DNA of 64,000 nt from Chitinophagales bacterium (lineage in GTDB: Bacteria; Bacteroidota; Bacteroidia; Chitinophagales; UBA10324). The notes under the pieces were generated by a model. That model had not been told where the DNA came from. It did not search any database and saw only the letters and a list, made by a program, of their open reading frames with translations. Below are positions 27,692-35,865 of the stretch, one piece after another (the stretch's first letter is position 1; every line of letters begins with the position of its first letter). The stretch covers positions 53,943 to 117,942 of the forward strand of contig JANWXQ010000105.1 of NCBI GenBank assembly GCA_025057275.1, in the 5' to 3' direction. The position numbers and the translations under genes were made by a program.

Positions 27692-28660
27692 ATGAGCACT
27701 GCTACTTTTGAGCGCATGGCTTACCGCCGCTATTTTACCGACGGCCTGCATCCGTTTATTCAGTTGTTGCTGCTGGCCGCGCTGATGCTGATCAGCTCGT
27801 CCGTTTTCACCTTGCTGGGTATGTATCTGGTTCGCCCCTTGTTTGGCATCACTGCCCTGGACGTGGTGGTTCAGGCCGCAATGGAAAACCCGCTGATGGT
27901 GGCCGAAAATGCGGCACAAATCCACGCCTTGAAAACGGTGCAGCTCATGGCATCTGTAGGCATGTTTCTGGTGCCCGCCTTGTTGTTTGCCTGGCTAAAG
28001 TTTCCCGACGGCGACTACCTTTTTTTGAATGCCCGGCCATCGCTGATCATGGCAGGGGCCGGCACGCTGGCGCTGTTGCTTGCCGTTCCGGCTGTTAGCT
28101 GGTTATATGAATGGAACAAAACCCTGCAACTGCCCGATGCCCTCGCTTCTTTACAAAAATTATTGGATGAAGCCGCACATGCCAACGAACAGCTTACGCT
28201 GGCCTTTCTGGCCACGCCTCGTCAGACAGAGTTGTTCATCAATCTGATCGTCATTGCCCTTATCCCGGCTTTGGGAGAAGAGTTGCTGTTTCGGGGCTGC
28301 ATCTTTCAACTGCTTCAGGAATGGACGCGCCGCAGCCATGCGGCTGTCTGGATTTCTGCTGCCCTGTTCAGTCTGGTTCATGGCGATTTGTTTGGGTTTC
28401 TGCCCCGCCTGATTATGGGAGCCTTGCTCGCCTACCTGTTTTTGTGGACCAGCAACCTGTGGGTGCCCATCATCGCTCATGCGTTCTACAACGGCATTCA
28501 GGTGCTTCTGGCCTTTCTCTTTGATCACGGCTGGATCGGCTTTGATATTCGAGAGGAAAGCCGCATGAGCTGGCCCGTGGTGCTGGTCAGTTCCGTGATC
28601 TGTGTTGCTGCCGTTTACTGGCTCAACCGTCATGTAGAAGAACGAAAATTTATATACTGA
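27692..28660 (+). CDS. CPBP-family (CAAX-protease-like) intramembrane metalloprotease
   Basis: 322 aa and polytopic. It carries motif 1 PALGEELLFRG, motif 2 SAALFSLVH and motif 3 IIAHAFYN. Confidence 0.85.
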   Translation: MSTATFERMAYRRYFTDGLHPFIQLLLLAALMLISSSVFTLLGMYLVRPLFGITALDVVVQAAMENPLMVAENAAQIHALKTVQLMASVGMFLVPALLFAWLKFPDGDYLFLNARPSLIMAGAGTLALLLAVPAVSWLYEWNKTLQLPDALASLQKLLDEAAHANEQLTLAFLATPRQTELFINLIVIALIPALGEELLFRGCIFQLLQEWTRRSHAAVWISAALFSLVHGDLFGFLPRLIMGALLAYLFLWTSNLWVPIIAHAFYNGIQVLLAFLFDHGWIGFDIREESRMSWPVVLVSSVICVAAVYWLNRHVEERKFIY

Positions 28661-28661
28661 T

Positions 28662-28868
28662 ATGCAGCCCTCCGAACAGTGGTATTGCCTGACCACGACA
28701 CGGGACTATTTTGAGGCCCTGCTGATGCAGCAACGATTGGAGGCGTATGGCATCACCGTCATATTAATCAACAAACTGGACCGGTCGCAGCTTGCGCATG
28801 GTTTTGTGGAAGTGCAGGTGCCGCTGGAACATGCCAGGCTGGCGCTGGAAGTGCTGGAATCGTCATGA
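28662..28868 (+). CDS. DUF2007-like small protein (putative signal-transducing domain)
   Basis: 68 aa, reading WYCLTTTRDYFEALLMQQRLEAYGITVILINK...VEVQVPLEHARLALEVLE. It starts 1 nt after the CPBP stop and overlaps the cdsA start by 4 nt. Confidence 0.6.
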   Translation: MQPSEQWYCLTTTRDYFEALLMQQRLEAYGITVILINKLDRSQLAHGFVEVQVPLEHARLALEVLESS

Positions 28869-29707
28869 GCGAACTGCCAAGGCGGGCGCTGACTTCCGTA
28901 TTTTTTGTGGCTGCAGTGGCGGGCTGCATACTGGCTTCCCGAATGAGCTGCTATGTGTTGCTTACAGCTATTCAGGCTGGTTGCCTGTATGAATACCTGC
29001 GGCTGATCAGACCATTTCAAAGCTATCCTTACAAAGTCCGAACCATCTTACATGGCCTTGTCCTGGCCTTTGCCTGCCTCTGGCACCTGAGCATTTTTGG
29101 AGTGAATAGCCAGGATGGTTTCTTGGCCAGCTGGCTTGGTTTGCTCGCAGCAGTCGCATTGCTCCTGGTTGCCGAGATGGTGCTGTTGCGCACGCTGTAT
29201 GTAAGAAGTTTTTTGCTCACTGTCGCCGGATTAGTGGCCATTTCCTGGACACTGCATCATGCGTATCTGCTCACATTGCCCGTTGGTTCCGCATGGTATC
29301 CCTGGCCTGCTATGAAGCTGTTCGGTGTGGTACTGCTCATCTGGGCCGCTGACACAGCCGCCTATTTTATCGGAAGCCAATGGGGCAGGCATCATCTGGC
29401 TCCTGCCGTTTCTCCTAACAAAACCTGGGAAGGCCTGATCGGTGGTGTGGCCGGCTCTTTGGCGGTTGGGGTGGTACTGTGGTATTTTCTGGGTCAGTTC
29501 CCTTTGCCCTTTTGGTTGGCGCTGGGTTCAGTAGTGGCGATTGCCACCGTGGCCGGCGACCTGATGGAATCGTGGCTCAAGCGTAGGGCGGGCGTCAAGG
29601 ATTCCGGATCGCTGCTGCCCGGCCATGGCGGACTGTTGGACCGATTCGATGGCTGGCTGACGGCCATGCCTGCAGCCGCCTATTTTGTGCTCGCATTTGC
29701 CTCCTAA
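28865..29707 (+). CDS. cdsA: Phosphatidate cytidylyltransferase (CDP-diglyceride synthase)
   Basis: 280 aa and polytopic. It carries the CdsA signature SWLKRRAGVKDSGSLLPGHGGLLDRFD. Confidence 0.88.
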   Translation: MSELPRRALTSVFFVAAVAGCILASRMSCYVLLTAIQAGCLYEYLRLIRPFQSYPYKVRTILHGLVLAFACLWHLSIFGVNSQDGFLASWLGLLAAVALLLVAEMVLLRTLYVRSFLLTVAGLVAISWTLHHAYLLTLPVGSAWYPWPAMKLFGVVLLIWAADTAAYFIGSQWGRHHLAPAVSPNKTWEGLIGGVAGSLAVGVVLWYFLGQFPLPFWLALGSVVAIATVAGDLMESWLKRRAGVKDSGSLLPGHGGLLDRFDGWLTAMPAAAYFVLAFAS

Positions 29708-29710
29708 ATC

Positions 29711-30382
29711 ATGCGCATCCACCGGGAAGGAACCACCACCCTGCTAACGGCTGCGATCGTTTTGCTGGCCGCCAACGGCTTGATGGCGCTGCTGTCGCCA
29801 ACCCTTGTGTTGGCTGCATTACCGGTTTCCATGGTATTATTTTTTCTACTATTAAATTTTTTCCGTAACCCGTTGCGAAAGGTTGCCGCACCGGATGGTT
29901 CGGTGCTTTCTCCCTGCGATGGCAAAGTGGTTCAGATCGTTACGGTAAGGGAAGACGAATTTTTCCGTGACCATAGAATACTCATCTCCGTATTCATGTC
30001 GCCTTTGGATGTGCACGTCAACCGGTGTCCGGCAGCAGGCCGCGTGGTTTTCTGCCGTTATCATCCGGGACGTTATCTGGTGGCCTGGCATCCCAAATCG
30101 TCCCTGCTGAACGAACGAACCACTGTAGTGATTGACACCGGAAAGCAGCAGGTGCTGTTCCGTCAGATTGCCGGAGTGCTTGCCCGCCGCGTGGTGTGTT
30201 ACCTAAAAGAAGGAGATGACGTGGCAGCCGGTCAGGAAATGGGTTTTATCAAATTCGGTTCGCGGCTGGATGTTTATTTGCCGGTCACCAGCCGTGTGCG
30301 GGTTGCAACCGGTCAGCGGGTGCGCGGCGGGGAATCCGTACTGGCCATGCTCGATCAAGAGATTGCGGCAACCCTGGCGTAA
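29711..30382 (+). CDS. psd: Phosphatidylserine decarboxylase proenzyme (short form)
   Basis: 223 aa with N-terminal TM helices and the autocleavage-site region GFIKFGSRLDVYLP (G-S-R/T type). It starts 3 nt after the cdsA stop. Confidence 0.88.
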   Translation: MRIHREGTTTLLTAAIVLLAANGLMALLSPTLVLAALPVSMVLFFLLLNFFRNPLRKVAAPDGSVLSPCDGKVVQIVTVREDEFFRDHRILISVFMSPLDVHVNRCPAAGRVVFCRYHPGRYLVAWHPKSSLLNERTTVVIDTGKQQVLFRQIAGVLARRVVCYLKEGDDVAAGQEMGFIKFGSRLDVYLPVTSRVRVATGQRVRGGESVLAMLDQEIAATLA

Positions 30383-30466
30383 CCAAAAGCCATACCTGAT
30401 AATTATTTTTAATTTAATGTTACCCTTATTCCTCGTGAAGAAAAATGTGCGGGGTTACCTTTTCTT

Positions 30467-30474
30467 TACTTTTG
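30467..30474 (+). promoter_or_regulatory. Candidate -7 promoter element TACTTTTG (TAnnTTTG) upstream of the ABC transporter operon
   Basis: Exact pattern match, ending 10 nt before the ATG at 30485. This would imply a very short leader or a later start codon. I saw no -33 partner. Confidence 0.25.
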
Positions 30475-30484
30475 CATCCGGCCT

Positions 30485-31396
30485 ATGGATTCAGGGGTTC
30501 TGTTGTCATTGCAAAATGTAGGCAAGAGCTTTGACAAGGTTCGGGCGCTGGACGGCGTCAGCTTTGCAGTGCCTCGTCAGAGTATTTACGGAATTCTGGG
30601 GCCCAACGGAGCCGGCAAAACCACTGCCCTGCGCATCATCACCACCATTCTGAAGCCGGACCAGGGTCAGGTCTATTTCAACGGCGAGCCGCTGCAGGAC
30701 CGCCACGCTTCGCTGATGGGGTATATGCCGGAGGAGCGGGGGCTGTACAAAAAGATGATGGTGGGCGAACAGCTGATCTATTTGGCCCGGCTAAAAGGTT
30801 TAAACGCCCAACAGGCCAAAAAGCAATTAAGCTTCTGGCTGGAAAAGTTTGATATAAAAAACTGGTATAATAAAAAGGTGGAAGATTTATCTAAAGGCAT
30901 GGCTCAGAAGGTGCAGTTCATAGCTACCATCCTGCATCAACCGCAACTGATCATTCTGGATGAGCCGTTCAGCGGGCTGGATCCCATCAACACCCGCCTG
31001 ATTGAAGAAGAAATCCGAAGCCTGAGCCAGCAGGGGGCAACCATCCTGTTCAGCACGCACCGCATGGAGCAGGTGGAAGAATTCTGCGAACACATTTTGC
31101 TCATCAATAAAGGCAGGGTGATTTTGAGCGGCAAGGTGAGCGAAATCCGGCAACGATTCAAACGCAATGAGTATTCGTTTCATTATGAAGGGCAGCGTCC
31201 CGATCTGCCGGAAAAGGTCAACATTGTTCGCGACGAAAACCACGAGCTCGTGGTCAAGTTGCCGCCTCAGCTTTCGGGCAATGATCTGCTGCGCGAGCTG
31301 ATTGCCCGCAACGTGCACATTACAGCATTTGCTGAATTGCTTCCGTCGCTCAACGAAATTTTCATCAGTCAGGTAGCGGCATCTGCCCATGAATAA
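30485..31396 (+). CDS. ABC transporter ATP-binding protein (ABC-2/NatA-like)
   Basis: 303 aa. Walker A GPNGAGKTT, signature LSKGMAQK, Walker B LIILDEPFSGLD and H-loop STHRM. Confidence 0.9.
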   Translation: MDSGVLLSLQNVGKSFDKVRALDGVSFAVPRQSIYGILGPNGAGKTTALRIITTILKPDQGQVYFNGEPLQDRHASLMGYMPEERGLYKKMMVGEQLIYLARLKGLNAQQAKKQLSFWLEKFDIKNWYNKKVEDLSKGMAQKVQFIATILHQPQLIILDEPFSGLDPINTRLIEEEIRSLSQQGATILFSTHRMEQVEEFCEHILLINKGRVILSGKVSEIRQRFKRNEYSFHYEGQRPDLPEKVNIVRDENHELVVKLPPQLSGNDLLRELIARNVHITAFAELLPSLNEIFISQVAASAHE

Positions 31397-32672
31397 AATT
31401 CCCGTCATCATCGCCCGCGAGTATATCACGAGGGTCCGCAAGCCGGTATTCATCATCACCACCCTGCTGGTCCCGGTGCTGATGGGCCTGATCGGCATAT
31501 TGCCCTTCTGGATCATGAAGGCCAGCACCACCACCGGCCGCATTGCTGTGGTGGATGAAAGCGGCTTATTCCGCAACCGGCTGGAAAGCAGCAAAGAGCT
31601 GCAATTCGAATCGGTAAACGAGCCGGTAGATTCCCTCGCCAAGACGTATTCGGAACGGGGCTTTACTGCCGTACTTCATGTGCCGGCATCCTTTGCCTTG
31701 GATAAGCCCGAAGGCATCCGCTACATCAGCGAAGAAGCTCCCGGAATTGCCACAGCCGAAAAAATTTCCGAACAGCTGACTGCCGTGGCTACACGACTGC
31801 GTCTGCAGCAGGTGCAACTGAGCCCTGATCTCATGGATCAGCTCACCAAACCCATCCGCTTTACGACCTTCATCAAGGGAAAAGAGGGAAGCATCGGGCT
31901 GGCTTCTGTAATCGGCTATTTTTCGGGACTGTTGCTTTATGTTTTGCTGCTGATCTACGGAACGCTGGTAATGCGGGGCGTGATGGAAGAAAAATCCACC
32001 CGCATTGCCGAAGTGATTGTTTCTTCGGTAAAACCGCATGAACTGATGGCCGGTAAGATCATAGGCATTGCTTTGGTGGGTCTTACCCAGTTTGCCATTT
32101 GGATTGTGTTGGGATTTGTGCTATTCGGTTTCTTTTCCGGATTTCTTCCCGACCAGACGCAGGCAGTACAGCAGGTGGCTGAAGCTACCGGCCAGCCGCT
32201 GGAAGGCGAACAGACCACTGTTGTTCTGGCCGGTTTGGCCAAAGAAGCTGCCAATCTGCCTCTCGGGTTGATTGTGTTCGGAGTGCTGTTTTACTTTTTG
32301 TTTGGCTACCTGACGTACTCATCCCTGTTTGCCGCCATTGGCGCAGCCATGTCGGATGAAAGCGACCAGTCGCTGTCGCTGATTGCCACTGCACCCATTA
32401 TCATTGCTTTTATCATGGGAATGGTGGCTATGGCAGCACCGCACAGTGGCATAGCAGTGTTCGCTTCCATCTTTCCGCTCAGCTCACCGGTAGTGATGCC
32501 GGCGCGGTTGGGCTTTGACCCCCCGGTGGGCCAGCTCGTACTCAGCATGCTGTGTCTGATCCTGTGCTTTCTGCTGTTTTTGTGGTTGTCGGCAAAAATT
32601 TACCGCACCGGCATTCTGCTGTATGGCAAAAAGGTAACCCTTCGTGAGCTGGGCCGTTGGCTGACGTACTGA
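31389..32672 (+). CDS. ABC-2 family transporter permease (NatB-like)
   Basis: 427 aa. One N-terminal TM, a large extracytoplasmic loop, then five or six TM helices. It overlaps the ATPase gene by 8 nt. Confidence 0.85.
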   Translation: MNKIPVIIAREYITRVRKPVFIITTLLVPVLMGLIGILPFWIMKASTTTGRIAVVDESGLFRNRLESSKELQFESVNEPVDSLAKTYSERGFTAVLHVPASFALDKPEGIRYISEEAPGIATAEKISEQLTAVATRLRLQQVQLSPDLMDQLTKPIRFTTFIKGKEGSIGLASVIGYFSGLLLYVLLLIYGTLVMRGVMEEKSTRIAEVIVSSVKPHELMAGKIIGIALVGLTQFAIWIVLGFVLFGFFSGFLPDQTQAVQQVAEATGQPLEGEQTTVVLAGLAKEAANLPLGLIVFGVLFYFLFGYLTYSSLFAAIGAAMSDESDQSLSLIATAPIIIAFIMGMVAMAAPHSGIAVFASIFPLSSPVVMPARLGFDPPVGQLVLSMLCLILCFLLFLWLSAKIYRTGILLYGKKVTLRELGRWLTY

Positions 32673-32676
32673 CCGG

Positions 32677-33726
32677 ATGATGCCTCTCATGAATTTTTTC
32701 TACACCAAAACTTGCCTGCATGGTTCGCTGACTGCCTTGTTTATGCTGTTGCTGCTGGCCGGATGCGGCAAAAAGAAATCAACGGTAGTTGAGACTCAGG
32801 AACAGAAACCTGTTGCCACAGCGCTTCAGTCCAGCGCGCCCGATTTCAATGCCGACAGCGCCTATGCCTACATTGCCGCACAGGTAGCTTTTGGCCCGCG
32901 CATCCCCGGTACCGCAGCTCACGAGAACTGTGCCCGTTGGATGGAAAACCAGCTTCGTCGCTGGGCCGATACGGTTTACGTACAACGAACAACAGTAGAG
33001 ATTTACAATGGCAGCCGGGTGCCCTGCATCAACCTGATCGCCTCGTTTAACCGGACCGTCTCCAAACGGTTGCTGTTGTTTGCCCATTGGGACACCCGGC
33101 CCTGGAGCGACCGTGATCCGCAGTTTCCCCGTAAGCCTTTTGACGGCGCCGATGACGGAGGTAGTGGCGTAGGCGTATGGCTGGAATGCGCCCGTCTGTT
33201 TGCCAAGCAACCTCCTGCCGTGGGTATTGACATTGCTTTTTTTGATGTGGAAGACTATGGGCCGCCAGCCTGGGAAACCGAATCGCCTCACAACGAAGAG
33301 GGATATTGCCTCGGCTCGCGGGCATGGATCGATCGACCCCATGTTCCCAATTACCGCGGCTATTACGGCATTCTGCTGGACATGGTGGGCGCCCGCAATG
33401 CCACCTTTTTGCAGGAAGGCGTGTCTCTGGAATTTGCTCCCTCCATCGTAGAAAAGGTCTGGAGTACCGCCGCAGCGTTGGGCTACGGCAATTACTTTCT
33501 CAACGTTCGGGTGCCCGGCATCGTGGATGACCATACCTACATCAACCGCTTCAACTTTACGCCCAGCATCGACATCATTCATTTGTCGCGAGAAACCGAA
33601 ACCGGTTTCGGCCCTCACTGGCACACCCAAAACGACAACATGAGCATCATTGACCGCAATACTCTGAAAGCTGTAGGCCAAACGGTCTTGCAGGTCATTT
33701 ATGCGGAGCCGGCTGAAGTGCTCTGA
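32677..33726 (+). CDS. M28-family metallopeptidase-fold lipoprotein, glutaminyl-cyclase-like
   Basis: 349 aa. Lipobox LLLAGCGKKK. Zn-ligand-type motifs FAHWDTRPW, GADDGGSGVGVWLECARLF, FFDVEDYG and a late His in the region PHWHTQND. Confidence 0.75.
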   Translation: MMPLMNFFYTKTCLHGSLTALFMLLLLAGCGKKKSTVVETQEQKPVATALQSSAPDFNADSAYAYIAAQVAFGPRIPGTAAHENCARWMENQLRRWADTVYVQRTTVEIYNGSRVPCINLIASFNRTVSKRLLLFAHWDTRPWSDRDPQFPRKPFDGADDGGSGVGVWLECARLFAKQPPAVGIDIAFFDVEDYGPPAWETESPHNEEGYCLGSRAWIDRPHVPNYRGYYGILLDMVGARNATFLQEGVSLEFAPSIVEKVWSTAAALGYGNYFLNVRVPGIVDDHTYINRFNFTPSIDIIHLSRETETGFGPHWHTQNDNMSIIDRNTLKAVGQTVLQVIYAEPAEVL

Positions 33727-33788
33727 CAAGCGCCCCGCCGAATTTGATTTGTCCCTGCCGAACTTTGCCCGCTCAACTGCGGGCCTGC

Positions 33789-35765
33789 ATGATCACCTAT
33801 CAACGCCGCCATTACGACAACAATACCCTGATCGACCTGTATCGCCACCTGATCAAGCCTCGAATCATAGAGGAAAAAATGCTGAACCTGCTTCGGCAGG
33901 GTAAGGTGAGTAAGTGGTTTTCAGGCATTGGGCAGGAAGCCATATCGGTGGGCGCCACCCTGGCTCTGGAGCCCGATGAATACATCATGACCTTACATCG
34001 GAACCTGGGCGTTTTTACAACGCGGGGTATGCCCTTTTACCGGTTGTTCAGCCAATGGCAGGGTCACCCCAACGGTTATTCCAAAGGCCGTGAGCGTTCG
34101 TTTCATTTCGGCAGCAACGAACACCACATCGTGGGCATGATCAGTCATCTGGGCCCGCAACTGGCCATTGCCAACGGCATTGCTCTGGCTCATAAGCTGA
34201 AGGGCGAGCAAAAGGTGGCGTTGGCCTTTACCGGAGAAGGTGGCACCAGTGAAGGCGATTTTCACGAAGCGCTGAATACAGCCAGCGTTTGGGATTTGCC
34301 CGTCATCTTCCTGATTGAAAACAACGGCTACGGGCTTTCCACCCCGGTCAGCGAACAATACCGATGCGAAAAACTTTCTGACCGCGCTGCCGGTTACGGA
34401 ATGGAAGGCATCACCATTGATGGCAACAACATTCTGGAAGTGTATCATACCCTGCAACAGGTGCGCACGTACTGCATTACCCATCAGCGGCCGTATCTGG
34501 TAGAGTGCATGACGTTTCGCATGCGAGGTCATGAAGAAGCCAGCGGCACCAAGTACGTTCCCAAACATCTTTTTGAGGAATGGGAGAAAAAAGATCCTAT
34601 CCTCAACTACGAACGGTACCTGTTGGCCAACCAAATCATCAGCGAGCAGGAGGCAGAAGCTTTCAAAGCCGCCGTTCGTCAGGAAATAGAAGAAGGGCTG
34701 CAACGCGCGTTCAGTGACCCCGTTCCGGTGTTCAGCGAACAAGAAGAGCTTGCTGATGTGTATGCTCCATCGCCAACGATTCACGAAACAGATGCCCCGG
34801 GGGAAACTTCACGCTCCCTGCGCTTTGTGGATGCCATTGCTGAGGCAATCCGCCAGGCCATGGAACGGCACGACCAGCTGATCCTGATGGGCCAGGATAT
34901 TGCGGAATACGGCGGCGTATTCAAGGTTACCGAAGGTCTGGTTCAGCGCTTCGGTAAAGAGCGGGTGCGCAACACACCTTTGTGCGAGTCAGCTATTGTG
35001 GGCGCTGCCCTGGGCCTGAGCGTCAAAGGATTCAAAAGCATGGTGGAGATGCAGTTCGCCGATTTTGTTACCTGTGGCTTTAATCAGATCGTCAACAATC
35101 TGGCGAAAATCCATTACCGTTGGGGGCAGCATGCCGATGTGGTTATCCGCATGCCTACCGGTGCTGGTGTTGGCGCAGGTCCCTTTCATTCCCAAAGCAA
35201 CGAAGCCTGGTTTGTGCATACGCCGGGTTTGAAGGTAGTTTATCCCTCAACGCCTTATGATGCCAAAGGCCTCTTGCTGGCCTCATTTGAAGACCCCAAC
35301 CCGGTGATGTTTTTTGAACACAAAGCCCTGTATCGAAGCATCAGCGGACCTGTTCCGGAGGAGTATTACACCCTACCGATCGGAAAGGCCAAAAGGGTAC
35401 GCGAAGGCGATGAAGTAAGCATCATCACTTATGGCGCCGGGGTGCATTGGGCGCTGGAAGATTGTGCTGATGTTTCGGCCGATGTGATTGACCTGCGAAG
35501 TTTGTTGCCCTGGGATACCGAACAGGTTGCCGAAAGCGTCAAGAAAACCGGCAAGGTGCTTATTCTTCACGAAGACACTTTGACCGGTGGCATGGGTGCG
35601 GAGCTGGCTGCATGGATCACCGAGCATCTGTTTCGTTGGCTGGATGCTCCGGTAATGCGTTGTGCTTCACTGGACACCCCGGTACCTTTTTCCCTTCAAC
35701 TCGAACAACAGTTTCTGGCGCGGCACCGGTTGCGTAACACCCTGAACCGCCTGCTCGCATTTTGA
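33789..35765 (+). CDS. Fused 2-oxoacid dehydrogenase E1 component (alpha and beta subunits in one polypeptide)
   Basis: The N-half has the TPP motif GEGGTSEGDFHEALNTASVWDLPVIFLIENNGYG. The C-half is E1-beta-like (LMGQDIAEYGGVFKVTEGL, NTPLCESAIVGAALG, RMPTGAG). An ATG at 33789 was chosen; the track start at 33744 is a TTG. Confidence 0.88.
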   Translation: MITYQRRHYDNNTLIDLYRHLIKPRIIEEKMLNLLRQGKVSKWFSGIGQEAISVGATLALEPDEYIMTLHRNLGVFTTRGMPFYRLFSQWQGHPNGYSKGRERSFHFGSNEHHIVGMISHLGPQLAIANGIALAHKLKGEQKVALAFTGEGGTSEGDFHEALNTASVWDLPVIFLIENNGYGLSTPVSEQYRCEKLSDRAAGYGMEGITIDGNNILEVYHTLQQVRTYCITHQRPYLVECMTFRMRGHEEASGTKYVPKHLFEEWEKKDPILNYERYLLANQIISEQEAEAFKAAVRQEIEEGLQRAFSDPVPVFSEQEELADVYAPSPTIHETDAPGETSRSLRFVDAIAEAIRQAMERHDQLILMGQDIAEYGGVFKVTEGLVQRFGKERVRNTPLCESAIVGAALGLSVKGFKSMVEMQFADFVTCGFNQIVNNLAKIHYRWGQHADVVIRMPTGAGVGAGPFHSQSNEAWFVHTPGLKVVYPSTPYDAKGLLLASFEDPNPVMFFEHKALYRSISGPVPEEYYTLPIGKAKRVREGDEVSIITYGAGVHWALEDCADVSADVIDLRSLLPWDTEQVAESVKKTGKVLILHEDTLTGGMGAELAAWITEHLFRWLDAPVMRCASLDTPVPFSLQLEQQFLARHRLRNTLNRLLAF

Positions 35766-35865
35766 TATTCGTGCCCCTTCTGGAAACTTGTCCGTTTTAC
35801 TACACCAACGCGGCCGATGGCGCTGCAGCTTTTCAGTACCTTTTCCGTAAGAAGGAAATCCGTTT

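Noticed and set aside
30887-34784. Long minus-strand ORFs 30887-31642 (251 aa), 32779-33729 (316 aa) and 33993-34784 (263 aa); also 55444-56370 (308 aa) further right
   Set aside because: Each is fully antisense to a gene with clear motifs (ABC ATPase/permease, M28 protein, E1 dehydrogenase, manC). Their compositions are typical of shadow ORFs.
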